A stretch of DNA of 64,000 nucleotides from Setoptus koraiensis (lineage: Eukaryota; Animalia; Arthropoda), in NCBI GenBank assembly GCA_048013815.1, contig CM106585.1, positions 24,056,001 through 24,120,000 on the forward strand. The letters are read 5' to 3'. Positions 25,699 through 36,500 of this stretch are shown here, piece by piece. The notes beneath the pieces were generated by a model that was given only the letters and a program-made list of their open reading frames with translations, searched no databases and had not been told where the DNA came from. The position numbers and the translations under genes were made by a program. Within the stretch, counting starts at the first letter, position 1; each line of letters opens with the position of its first letter.

Positions 25699-26915
25699 TC
25701 ATTGATAAAATAGCGCAACACTATTTATTTAGCTAAGTATGGTGCGAAAAAAGTTATCTCGCTGCTTATCTTGGTGTTTTGATCTATGTTTCCTTATTAT
25801 TTAATTAAAGGCAGCGGTCTTTTAATTAATCGTTTTGGCTATTATGCAGAGAAAAGCCTGAGTAGAACAAAACAACAGCCAACAACAATCTTCATTAAAA
25901 ATGGTTTGTGTAAATTTTGTTTCTCAAGATGCTGTCGTGATCTATTGCCTATTATTCTTGTCGTTCCTTGTGTTACTCACAAAATGAATTACATCCGCGA
26001 CAAGAAGACATACTATAGAATAATTCAATTTTCAGATCATCAACATGATAAAAAGTTGAATAATTAACAATAAAGAGGGCTTGCTAGTTATGCTGATTAG
26101 TGTTGTTACTGTATTTATTGTTGTGTTCACTACGGCCATTAATTGAAATAAGCCCGCACTGTGCTCTACTACCTGGTTCAAAAGTCGTGATTTATCTGCT
26201 TATTTATGAATGAGATGTAATTGATTAGCATCGATACAATGTAAAAATACCTAACATTCAGTTGGTTGCAACTAATTATCGGAATTAACATAAAGATTTA
26301 CTCTTCCAGTAATATGAAGTGCCAATGAGTTATTGTAGTTGAGAAAGTTGTTTTCTCCACTTAGAGGCTAAATTTAAACCCAGCTATCACAACAAATATA
26401 GGAATCTATTTTTGTAATCAGAGCTCAAGCATTCCATGAGAAGTCTAGATTTCTCTCACTGTTTTGTCAACATCGATTTATGTGGAAGCCAATAATTCAT
26501 TCTGTGTCTAGTGATTCATTATTATCATGCAAATTATCATTTTTAATTGCAATAAAGTATTTGGGAGTCCCTAATTATTCCGATACTTTTCGCTACACAT
26601 GGAGTTGAACCAAGGCAAATACTTGCCGAACGAAGAAACTCATATATTAGATATTTTCAATCGCTGAAGGTTTGCAATATTGAAGCATTCTCTTTGACAT
26701 ATCCATCAGCATACCTGTCTATAATACATTTATGTGGCAAAACTGTGCCAATTGAGCGAGACAAAATAACAGCACAAAATACGATACGCTTATATTCATC
26801 GGGCAATTCCATGTCCTTATTCGTTACTATTTCTAGCAACAATATTTATTTCTTTATTATAAGACTCTAACCAATTGTTTATTCTATTAATCTCGGATCA
26901 CCTGAAAATATTTAG

Positions 26916-28550
26916 GACTTTGACTTGGAACAAAAGATCGATAATGAAATCCGAATCAGGGAGGGAACCAGTGCTTTGTTGGCAAACGCCAAACACGAGT
27001 TGCAACAACTGGAGATAGAAAAATGTTTGTTAACATCGGATCAAAGGATGAATTGTTATGCAGCTGATTTGCAACAAAGACGTTTATTAGTTAGTGAGAA
27101 GAAGAAATTGCAGGAACAGCAACAACAACAGGAATCTAATTATTACAACCAAAAACATCACCACCAAGGACCTATATCACCCAAGCATAATAATAGGCGT
27201 CCATTTAGCCAGAATGCATTGTCTCCTTCAAACTCTGGCAAATCAAATACTAGGAATAATGCTGGCGTTATAGTAGCCAGACAAGACCATCAAGTATCAT
27301 CAAATGGAAAATTAAGCAGTAATAATAATTACAATATCAATGGAGCAACAATAACCAGCTCCTTGGTTGTAGACTCAAAGTCAATTGTCACTGTCAGTGA
27401 TATTAGAATACCATTAATGTGGCGAGATGTTGATCATTTCAAAAATCGTGGCGAATACAAGCGCTATGCAATATTTTGTTTGTTGAGAATAGATTCTCAA
27501 ATCTATGATACACAATTAATAGGAAATGTCGACAGACAAATAACGGACATAACATTTGATGATTTCACTGTCACCTTTAGCGATATACCGCATAATTTTC
27601 AATTGTTATTGGAGGTCTATAGTTGTGTCTACATGGAAGAGTTCTCTATTGCCAGTACACCCAGGAAATTGAAACGCAAATTAACCAATTCAGTTAGTCG
27701 AGCCATGGGCAGAAGAATGGCCACTGCATCGGCTAGTTATACACGAGAATTACAAGCTTATGATAAAAGTTACCGATTCGACATGATAGCTAGCGCTACA
27801 TTGCACTTGGATGATGCTTCTAATTCTATCAAGACTTACGATCTGATGATAATAAATGGTTCTGCGAATGGTCAGACTACTTCATCTAGTCCGTCATATC
27901 ATCTGGGTACTTCAAGTGCAAATCTATTTAATATAAGTCAATCAAATAAGAACAACATTCCGTTATTTGGTCATTTCTGCTGTCGTTTAGAAGTTAAGCC
28001 GGACTGCCTAGACAAGATAGCGCGCTCGGGATATCTGAAAGTTCTAACTGTCAATCAATCGCACAACAATAAACAGCGAAATAACAGGGACTCGTCTATA
28101 TCGGCCAAAGCCCAGGCCCTGAAGATGTCAACTTTATCAATGTCGTCAGCAGTGTTATATTGGGGAATGTTGCGCAATTTTCAATTGCAACTATGGCCTA
28201 TCAATGAGAGAATCAGTCCTGTATTAAAAGGCGAACTTGTGATGCCTTCCATGGATTTCATGCCCCATATTGTTGTGCCTGTTGACAGTACCACACAAAT
28301 CTTAAGAGCATCAAATTCTACCTTGACACTAGACACTAGCATGGGATGTTTCATCATAAGCGCCAATCACGGGCTCGAGTATGGCCAAGCGGTCATCGAG
28401 CTGACAAGCTGGCTTAGATCGATAGAGCAACATATACATGACAGCCGTTTGTGGTATCATGTGACGCACCACTTAATGTCTCCGTCAAAACACAATGACG
28501 AAGACGATGATAATGTATACAACAAAACAACAACAAGAACTTTGATCTGA
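26916..28550 (+). CDS. RTKN: Rhotekin-like protein, main exon (HR1 Rho-binding, anillin-homology, divergent PH)
   Basis: Contains DLEQKIDNEIRIREGTSALLA...KCLLTSDQRM..Y.ADLQQR (HR1), SDIRIPLMWRDVDHFKNRGEYKRYAIFCLL and LEVYS (anillin domain), and a C-terminal PH-like segment ending W...I.QHIHD.RLW. No ATG before the HR1 domain; TTTAG acceptor ends at 26915. Confidence 0.92.
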   Translation, partial: DFDLEQKIDNEIRIREGTSALLANAKHELQQLEIEKCLLTSDQRMNCYAADLQQRRLLVSEKKKLQEQQQQQESNYYNQKHHHQGPISPKHNNRRPFSQNALSPSNSGKSNTRNNAGVIVARQDHQVSSNGKLSSNNNYNINGATITSSLVVDSKSIVTVSDIRIPLMWRDVDHFKNRGEYKRYAIFCLLRIDSQIYDTQLIGNVDRQITDITFDDFTVTFSDIPHNFQLLLEVYSCVYMEEFSIASTPRKLKRKLTNSVSRAMGRRMATASASYTRELQAYDKSYRFDMIASATLHLDDASNSIKTYDLMIINGSANGQTTSSSPSYHLGTSSANLFNISQSNKNNIPLFGHFCCRLEVKPDCLDKIARSGYLKVLTVNQSHNNKQRNNRDSSISAKAQALKMSTLSMSSAVLYWGMLRNFQLQLWPINERISPVLKGELVMPSMDFMPHIVVPVDSTTQILRASNSTLTLDTSMGCFIISANHGLEYGQAVIELTSWLRSIEQHIHDSRLWYHVTHHLMSPSKHNDEDDDNVYNKTTTRTLI

Positions 28551-28645
28551 TAAGAATAATAATAATAATTTGAATTGTTGTTTCAATAATACTCGCGTCA
28601 CGAATATTATTTATATTTTTATTACAGAAATATAAATTTAATACA

Positions 28646-29716
28646 TTAATACATCTTACAGTAATCGTGTTCTCTAAGAGCAGGATTAGTGAAGGACACT
28701 TTGGTTGTCGCCGATGAGTTACTAGCTATTATTACAGTTGGAAGCTGGATAGATTTCATACTGAGGGTGTTGCTTTTGTTAGAAAGCTTGTGATTAGTTG
28801 TTAACGATTCCTTACACTGTTTTTTAACTAATTTGGGCCTTGTCGCCAGCAACGATGTGCCACAGGAGGTTCGTTTGGTCTGAGCCTTTGGTTGCTTTTG
28901 TTTCCTTGTTGGCTCTATTGATGAAATTTTTTTTACATTGGTTCTAGTGGTACCATTATTAGCGGTGGCCTTGGCGTGAGGCCGCTGATTGACGTTTGCT
29001 ACTGCCGCTGCTGCTGTTGTTGTAGACGATGTCGTGTTATTAGTTGTTATTGATGTTTGCTGTTGATGAATCATAATTGAGGGACACGTTGGGGTAGAAG
29101 GCGGCAAAGTGGCCATCGACGGCAAAGTTTGCATTACTGACAAAGCTGGTGCTACTGACGGCAAATTAGTTTGCTGTTGCATCGATGGCATAGTGGCCAT
29201 CTGAGGCATGGCCATTAAAGGCGACATAGTTTGCATTGTGGCCGGCATGTTGTTAACCGGCATATTGGGTATTGTTTGCATGGTTGTTGCAGGCATTGTG
29301 GGTATTGTCTGCATAGTAGGCATCGTTTGTTGTTGCGGCATGATGGTGGTGGACTGCATCGTTTGCAACGGCGACAAAGGCGGCGTTGGCAGAGGCGACA
29401 TCCAATCGAGATTGCCAAGGAATAGATTGAGTTCGCTGTCAATCTTACGATCGTAATCGTTTAGGTCTTGATGATTGTGCATGAAACCATAATTATTGAA
29501 CATGTTCATCTCGTCCTCGAACATTTGAAATAAGAGACTGTCCTGTGTCATTTGTTGGTCATTGTTTGTTGTTGCTGTTAAATTGTGTTGCTGTTGTTGT
29601 TGATACATGCCGCTGTAGCTGCCGCTTGCGTTGCCATTGCTGTAATAACCGGCGAGACCGCCATTATTTGTACTGTAATAATCTGTAAGCGAATAATCTA
29701 TCCTGTTGTTTGCCAT
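28646..29716 (-). CDS. 356-aa intronless low-complexity protein with LPTPPLSP and C-terminal EHDYC motifs (putative transcriptional co-regulator)
   Basis: ATG-initiated ORF with an acidic/aromatic N-terminus, an M/Q/T/P repeat core and a basic region. AATAAA lies about 22 nt after the stop (28618-28623). No folded domain recognised. Confidence 0.78.
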   Translation of the reverse strand: MANNRIDYSLTDYYSTNNGGLAGYYSNGNASGSYSGMYQQQQQHNLTATTNNDQQMTQDSLLFQMFEDEMNMFNNYGFMHNHQDLNDYDRKIDSELNLFLGNLDWMSPLPTPPLSPLQTMQSTTIMPQQQTMPTMQTIPTMPATTMQTIPNMPVNNMPATMQTMSPLMAMPQMATMPSMQQQTNLPSVAPALSVMQTLPSMATLPPSTPTCPSIMIHQQQTSITTNNTTSSTTTAAAAVANVNQRPHAKATANNGTTRTNVKKISSIEPTRKQKQPKAQTKRTSCGTSLLATRPKLVKKQCKESLTTNHKLSNKSNTLSMKSIQLPTVIIASNSSATTKVSFTNPALREHDYCKMY

Positions 29717-29961
29717 GTTGTAAATGATGATGATTCTTTTTTAAATATGTGCGAGTGTTAATTATTAGATCTAATATGTATCGGTTATTGATGTTGTTGT
29801 TGTTGTCAATTAGTTGAAATAGTAATAATGATAAAGTAGCATGGTTACGATAACTAATGGTAATGGTAATATCACAATTGAGGAGTAGAATTGTAGTGAT
29901 CAAGCAAGAGAGCGAGAGTGTGTGTGAGTTAGCGAGTGTGAGCGACTCACTCACTGTGTGA

Positions 29962-30002
29962 GTGTGTGTGTGTGTGCGTGCGTGTGTGTGTGTGTGTGTG
30001 TG
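29962..30002 (+). repeat. (TG)n microsatellite
   Basis: Seen directly. Confidence 0.9.
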
Positions 30003-30642
30003 CGGCGTCGACGACGACGACGATGGCGACGACGAGTGCTAGTGTGCGTAAGAGTGTGAGAGTTAGTGAGTCTAGAGTGGACAGTTTGCAATGCCTTCTT
30101 ACAAGGTTCGCCTAAAGTCCGTTTGGAGGCGTCGTTTGCTATCCCAATGCCACAACACAGTCGGCTGCCCGCTCGCTGCTATAGTGACCAGTGGACAAGA
30201 GGCGCGCTACGCTATTGTTATAATCGTGCGTGTGTGTGTGTGTGCTGTGTGTCGTCAACAAGCAGCAGTGAGTATGATAATGCGAGCGCATTGTTAAGCC
30301 GCTTTGGGCGCCTCTTGCGGCTTTTGTTTGAACGAGAGCGCACGGCAGTGAGAGCACACGATGCGGCTGTGATACAATGCTGCCGTGATACTCTAGCCTG
30401 AACTGTAGTAGCGCCAGTGCTGCCAAAGTGCACTGCAGACAAGATCGAATGTTTGCTGGAGATAGAATTCGCTCATTCACAAACCACGGTGACGACGATG
30501 ACACACACACGCACACACAGACTCACGAGAGACGAACAAAGGGTCACGCAAAGAGTGGAACAAACGAACGAACAAACAGTTGGTCGTTGTGGCCAGTTTG
30601 TGTGGAACACGCTGTCTCTTTGTGTGTCTGCAGTAGTTTGTC

Positions 30643-30707
30643 GTGTGTGTGTGCGTGTGTGTGTGTGCGTGTGTGTGTGTGCGTGTGTGTGTGTGCGTGT
30701 GTGTGTG
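30643..30707 (+). repeat. (GT)n tract with GC interruptions at roughly 14-bp spacing
   Basis: Seen directly. Confidence 0.88.
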
Positions 30708-30869
30708 AGCACAGAGTGCAGACAGTAGAGTGAAAGCGGCGCGCCAGCATCATCGACGGCGCGGTGTCGGCGCTCCATTTTGTATTCACGTTGAGCACGC
30801 CTGTTCGCCGCATCGACAGCGCGCCGAGTCGCGCCGGTCGCGCCGGTCGCGCCGCACACACACTCACTC

Positions 30870-31275
30870 ACGCTTACTCACACGCAACGTCTGTCTGCCT
30901 GTGTGTGTGTCCAGCCTGCACATGCCGGTGTGCTGGAGCCGGTACTATTAGGTACTATTAGGTACTATTAGTGTACCCACAACGTGTACAACGTGTGTGC
31001 TGTAGTGCGCCAGTACAGTGTGTACAATAATAGTGCAGTGTGCAGCGCATTCTCTTTGTGCACTGCACACTGTGCAACATTGAACGAGTGTTCCAACAGC
31101 TGATCGTGTTAGGAATTTCTGTGTTGTGAGTCAACATCAACTCATCATCGTCATCGCTAATCTGATACAATCAATTCGTACACTTTGTTTAGTACAAAGT
31201 TTGTACGATTGATATTACACTGTACAAACTGGCCACACTCATAAGATTAACTTAAACCATCTCTCAATTATTATC
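30870..31275. promoter_or_regulatory. Probable bidirectional promoter between the 28646-29716 gene (-) and the HP1-like gene (+); contains (GGTACTATTA)x3 at 30941-30970
   Basis: Head-to-head gene orientation. Minus-strand GTGAGT donors near 29954 and 30870 suggest non-coding 5' exons of the left gene. TSS positions are inferred only. Confidence 0.45.
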
Positions 31276-32037
31276 ATGGTCAATCAGGCTAAGAGGAAGG
31301 GCCCGCCAGTTATTGATTTATCAGATGATGACGACGACGACAGTCCAAATGAACGACTAACATCAGAAGACATTAGTGAATTGGAGAGAAGGCTACCAGG
31401 CGAGCCAGAAACAAGTACACTAGCCACCACTTCTACCTCTAATGGTAGCACTGCTTCACACACCAAATCGGACAGCCGCTTATTATCAGATGAAACACCT
31501 GACACTAGAAGCACAACATCTGCCTGTTCATCATCATCATCATCATCGTCGGGCAGCTCGACAGCCTCAACAGCGTCAACATCATCACAATCTGACAGCA
31601 AGCAAGAAGAAGATGAGGTTGTAACAATCAACAACAATCAAGAGGATCTTGAGGAATGGACTGTCAAAGAGGTCCTAGATAAGAGGCCCACCAAAGACGG
31701 AACAGGATTTGAGTATCTTCTTAAATGGGATAATTATGACGGACCTCCTTCGTGGGAACCCGAGAGTAACTGCCTGTGCACAAAATTAATTAAGAAATTT
31801 GAAAGTAATGCGAAGAAATTGCAACAGAACCAACCCCCAAGTCAAAGGATCAAAGTAAGAAAGCTAGTTCCTCAAAATATTATCGGCAGCGTTAAAAAAC
31901 ATGACAATAATATGCTTCTAGTAGTCAAATGGGTCGGTGTGGAAGAACCAGAGCTCATACCGCTCAATGTTTTCAGAGAAAATTACCCCCAAAAGCTCAT
32001 TGACTTCCTTGTAGATCATGTCGTGTGGCAAAATTAA
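31276..32037 (+). CDS. HP1/chromobox family protein (chromodomain plus chromo-shadow), intronless and divergent
   Basis: EEWTVKEVLDKR......EYLLKWDNY....SWEPESNCLCTKLIKKFE is the chromodomain, with aromatic cage W/W/Y. PQNIIG......MLLVVKW...EPELIP....RENYPQKLIDF......W is the chromo-shadow domain. Confidence 0.92.
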   Translation: MVNQAKRKGPPVIDLSDDDDDDSPNERLTSEDISELERRLPGEPETSTLATTSTSNGSTASHTKSDSRLLSDETPDTRSTTSACSSSSSSSSGSSTASTASTSSQSDSKQEEDEVVTINNNQEDLEEWTVKEVLDKRPTKDGTGFEYLLKWDNYDGPPSWEPESNCLCTKLIKKFESNAKKLQQNQPPSQRIKVRKLVPQNIIGSVKKHDNNMLLVVKWVGVEEPELIPLNVFRENYPQKLIDFLVDHVVWQN

Positions 32038-32256
32038 CTTAACTTGTTTTTATTTTTATAATAATTGCATATAACTAATAACCACGTGATTGTAAAAATG
32101 CAACTGACGCGCCCTCTGACACAAGATTCTAGCAAATCAAATAAACCTACACTGATTACCATTGTTATGTCATGGTGACTATTTAATGATTCTACTATTT
32201 ATTATTATCATTATTGTTTTATTATTACAACAAAATTATACTCTAATAGACTAACA

Positions 32257-33591
32257 ATGAGGTCGATCTACCCCAAAAATGTCGTATCAAGCCTGAACAA
32301 ATTGGACACTATTAGAACTGCCGTAACGCCATGGCTTAGTTTAGACTACAGTGAGCAACTAAATAAGAAACAAACTCACGCCAGAAATGCCTTAAGACTT
32401 CTGGCCCAAACTCTCAGGCAGGAACAAAGCCACATGAGAGTAGATGTCAATAAATTACCCTGTCCAGTGAATAAGATAATCAAATCTCCCAAAATACACA
32501 ATTACAGAAGTGCAGACGAATTCAGCACGGGAATAGGACATGACGATAAAAAGACAGTTGGATATTTTGCTTTCACTGCCACCTATGAAAATCAAATCTG
32601 TATTGAACCTAATAATTTGGAAGTTTTAAGAGACAGCCATATCAAAACAGCAAATTCATTAAATGAATATATAAGAAACGTGACCCCCTTGGGGCTGAGC
32701 ATAGCTGTAGGAACTGATGGTGGCTGGAGGCGATTCAGTGTGCGCTCAAATAGAGTCAATGAAATTATGGCGATTGGCTTCTTGAATCCGAGAACATTAA
32801 CAGTGAAGCAAGTTAAGGATGAGAAGGCTCGCTTTGCCGATTTTATGTCTAATAACATGCCAGCCGAATCTGATGTCAATTTGAAGTCATTGTATATCCA
32901 ACAATGTCCCCATAGTTACTGCGCACATTCGTTAGCACCCTACGAACTAATATTTGGTCAACCTTATATTGAGGAGGAGTACAACAAGATGCGAATACGG
33001 CTATTACCCGAATCTTTTGTACCGAGTAATTTTGAAGCCGGGGAAAAGTTGTTCTCACTAGTAAAAGACCAAATCAATGAATTGTTTCCAATCAAGTTAA
33101 CCAGGAAAGAAGGAAAGAAACGTGTCATTGTGGACCTTAATTGTGGCCCTGGATTGTTGTCGTTTCATCTTGCCGAAGCTGATTCTGTTATCGGTATTGA
33201 CAAGAGTTCTCAGAATACAGAGATTGCTCAAGAGAACGCCAAACTAAACTCGATAGAAAATATCACATTCATAAATGCTGCACCAGAGAATGTTTTGGAT
33301 AAATTATTGGAAAAATATACAGATTCAGATATCATCGTCGTTTGCTACTTAGGACGTGCTGCACTTCCTCGAAGTGTTATATCAACTATAAGGAGGTGTA
33401 AATATATTAATAAGGTCATTTATGTCAGCGGAAAGCCTGAGGGTGCAGCAATGGAGAATTTTCGTGTTTTATGTCATCGTCGCATGGAGTTGCCTTCGAT
33501 TCCATTTCATCCCATTATGGCTACACCGATCGATATGTTGCCTCACACTAGTTACGTAGACCTCTTGCTAGCATTTGAAAGGGATATATAG
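32257..33591 (+). CDS. TRMT2A/TrmA-family m5U methyltransferase homolog, probably catalytically inactive
   Basis: Contains TPW..LDYSEQL.KKQ, SP....YR...EF..G, GGWR...VR, VDLNCGPG (SAM motif I), VIGID, AQENAKLNSIENITF and C-terminal PFHP....PIDMLPHT...LLLAFER. These align end to end with recalled TRMT2A. Confidence 0.88.
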   Translation: MRSIYPKNVVSSLNKLDTIRTAVTPWLSLDYSEQLNKKQTHARNALRLLAQTLRQEQSHMRVDVNKLPCPVNKIIKSPKIHNYRSADEFSTGIGHDDKKTVGYFAFTATYENQICIEPNNLEVLRDSHIKTANSLNEYIRNVTPLGLSIAVGTDGGWRRFSVRSNRVNEIMAIGFLNPRTLTVKQVKDEKARFADFMSNNMPAESDVNLKSLYIQQCPHSYCAHSLAPYELIFGQPYIEEEYNKMRIRLLPESFVPSNFEAGEKLFSLVKDQINELFPIKLTRKEGKKRVIVDLNCGPGLLSFHLAEADSVIGIDKSSQNTEIAQENAKLNSIENITFINAAPENVLDKLLEKYTDSDIIVVCYLGRAALPRSVISTIRRCKYINKVIYVSGKPEGAAMENFRVLCHRRMELPSIPFHPIMATPIDMLPHTSYVDLLLAFERDI

Positions 33592-36500
33592 CTATGCCAG
33601 ATACTAATGTTTTACACAGTTCAGAACTAGCCACTATTGTCAATTGTATTTTGTTTAGCATTGTACTTATTATTTTCCTATTGGACTCTAATCTTGCATT
33701 CTCTATAACATGTAGAACATTTAAAAAAAGCTACACAACAAATTCTCATCTTACTGATACAAGTGCCTATAAAAGAAGAATGAAACAAAGTTGGTGACAT
33801 AATAGATTAGTAATGAATTTCTGTTTTGTACTAATGGTGGTACACTTCGAGGGTATCGAAGCAATTCAGGCTGCTGAACCGAACTGAATTTACTTAATTG
33901 AACCAAACCAATCGTTTGGGAATTCTTGCTGATGTAGGCGGATAATATATGATCGTGTACAATGAACTTGTAATAAATGTCGTCGGTTTTCCGAGGACAC
34001 TTTATACACAGTTGATACTGTCCAATGGGACGCTATCATTATAAATTTAGCTTGCGCTTTCCATTCAAAATCGACTGAGGGTTGACTCGACTTTTTAAGA
34101 GGTTTCAATTCATTGGATATCACTCAAAGCCCTCTTTCGGCCCCCCTCCCTTTTTGTCTATCTTTTGTCTCGGAAACGTTTCTCGGTGCCAAATTTTAGA
34201 CCGGAAAGCATGGTTGGTGAGCCAACCACCATTTCAGAAGCTCTAAAAAAATACTGTCGTCTTCATCATCTTCAAACTATCCTATCTTAGTACATCTGTC
34301 CGCTGCTTTTGGATTTCTGCTAACCAACGTTAGCACTAACGAATGTGCAACTTCCGGCGCCAGTATAAGCAACGGAAATTCAGCTCGTCAATGGACTAGC
34401 AGGAACATTGTTTGAAAACAAAAGCCATTTACGTCCAGCTTGAATGTTAGTCGTTGGGTACAGCGGGTTTTGTTTGCACATTACGTACCAGTTGCTGAAT
34501 AATGATAATGCCAATCGGTACACAAAACACATTGTCCACCCAATAGATGTGTCTTGGATTATCTACAAGAGGCCTGTGAAAGCCTGTGCTTGTGCATTGA
34601 TGATTCATCAATAATAAAATAATAATACACAAAGCTTGGCTACCTGCTGGTGCTGAATCATCAGTGTCAGCAAGATAGTGGCCAATGAGATCTGAAATCA
34701 ATTTATTTCGTCACTACAGGGAATCGATAGTTTCAGCTCGATAGAAACAACATATACGATCTCGAATGAATTAATGAGCGAACTAAAGAGGTGAAAACGA
34801 TATTATTATAATTGATACTAGGCTGACTCACAAGCTAATCTTGATGAATAAGACGATTAACATAACCGCCAGAGCAATCACTTTTACTGTGTCAGCTGCG
34901 ACTGCTAGAAATGGTAGCGAAAGGAGGCTGGGGCGCCAAATAACGGAATGGCACGGCCACCAAAAGTAGAGAGGGAGAGAGGAAAACTATAGATAGAGAT
35001 AAACAAAGAGGAGTGACACCATCTTAAGTTTAGCTTGGTTAGGATGATGGCCTGGATTAAGATTGAGACACTAAATAGGAGTCAGGGGAATGTTGCAACC
35101 GGCTTGAGTAAGTAATTAAGATGAAAGATAATAATAATATAAGTTATATGATCATTACCATGCTGCTTGGGATTGTGTTCAACAATCGTTATTATTTGGT
35201 TGATGGCAATCATCAACAGTTAAAGTAATGATATTCGTCAGGAGCTTTTGTGTGGCTTCGTGCGGCTCTGTTGTGCAATTGTATCATTTGAATGGCTTGC
35301 CACCAACCATCCATAATGTTCCATAATGTTTGCTTTATGTCGTCTCATTAAAATGTACGCTTCACCAGCAGTATGGGGTGATATAAGCGGGCGGACCTCG
35401 AAAGGGCCACACTGTTGCAATCATTGATTTGATGGCGCACGTTACGTCTAACGGTCCCAGGTTAGGTAATGATAATTATCTTGGCTACCATGTTGCTTGC
35501 TATTGACACAATCAAATGGGTTGCAATATGGCACGAATATATAATATGAATATTGGTTGCAGCTCTGCTGTGCGCCCACACAACTATTGCGCCAACCAGC
35601 AAAGATAGTTGCATAAGTGTGGCCTTAGATTTGTGTTGGAGCCCACGATCAAGTCACCCCTATAAACAAGCTTGTCAGTGCTTGCGTATTGCGAGCAATC
35701 AATATCAGGCAAGCTGGCAAGTTGTGCGCCGAGCGGGGCCGAGTGGGCCCACAATGAGAGTGGCATCTTTCAAGTGGGCAAATTTTTCCGCCTACCCTCA
35801 CAAGCTCGCTCAGCTTGCCCAGCTAACCAGTGGGCGAGCCAGACGAGCAATTCTATTAATACAATTATTATATACAGTGTAGCAAAGCTCAAATACAATT
35901 GGACTTAGCTGGATTAAGTGTGAGGCCCATACTGTAGCTGAGTGGTGATGGCATGCACACACACATACCCAGACACAGACACAAACACAAACAAACAAAC
36001 GGGGGCCATCATAGATTGGTGAGATGGAAATGAAGACAAGTGAATAAGTGGCCTCTATATGTCTAGCCATGTGCTACAAATAAACAATAATAATAATGAT
36101 AATAACAGTAACGCACACACAAAAACTGGCCAGATAAGTGATTTTCGCCTTGACCGGCTGCAATGATGGTTACACTTGGCAAACAGTAGCTACACACATG
36201 GCTACATAACATGCAAGCGTAAGTGAGCGTCTAGCCAACCGATAGCAACATATCAACAAGATTATCTGACCAAGATAACAACAACAACAACAACTGCACC
36301 AGATGGACAAGCGTGTGAGTTTAGCCGATTATAAGTTTAAGTTTACATTACATCCAGGTGAGCTCAGCACTTTTCAGGGGGCCTGTGTGACGTAATGTTA
36401 TGTGTTTAGAGTGTGTGTTTACACACTGATAGTTGATAGGAAATTTAAACAAACTTTACTCTTTTCTATTATATGTGGTGCCATTATTTGGATTGGGGGC

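Larger units (their letters stand above)
3548..26915 (+). other. Inferred ~23.4-kb intron of the rhotekin-like gene, hosting two antisense genes
   Basis: GTGAGT donor at 3548 and TTTAG acceptor at 26911-26915. The phase-0 join reads RNFL|DFDLEQKIDNEIRIREG. Intervening small exons cannot be excluded. Confidence 0.62.

Noticed and set aside
36340-36380. CAG|GTGAGC as a recursive-splicing (ratchet) site; similar sites near 13259 and 39137
   Set aside because: Weak pyrimidine tracts and no host transcript defined; indistinguishable from chance or ordinary exon ends.
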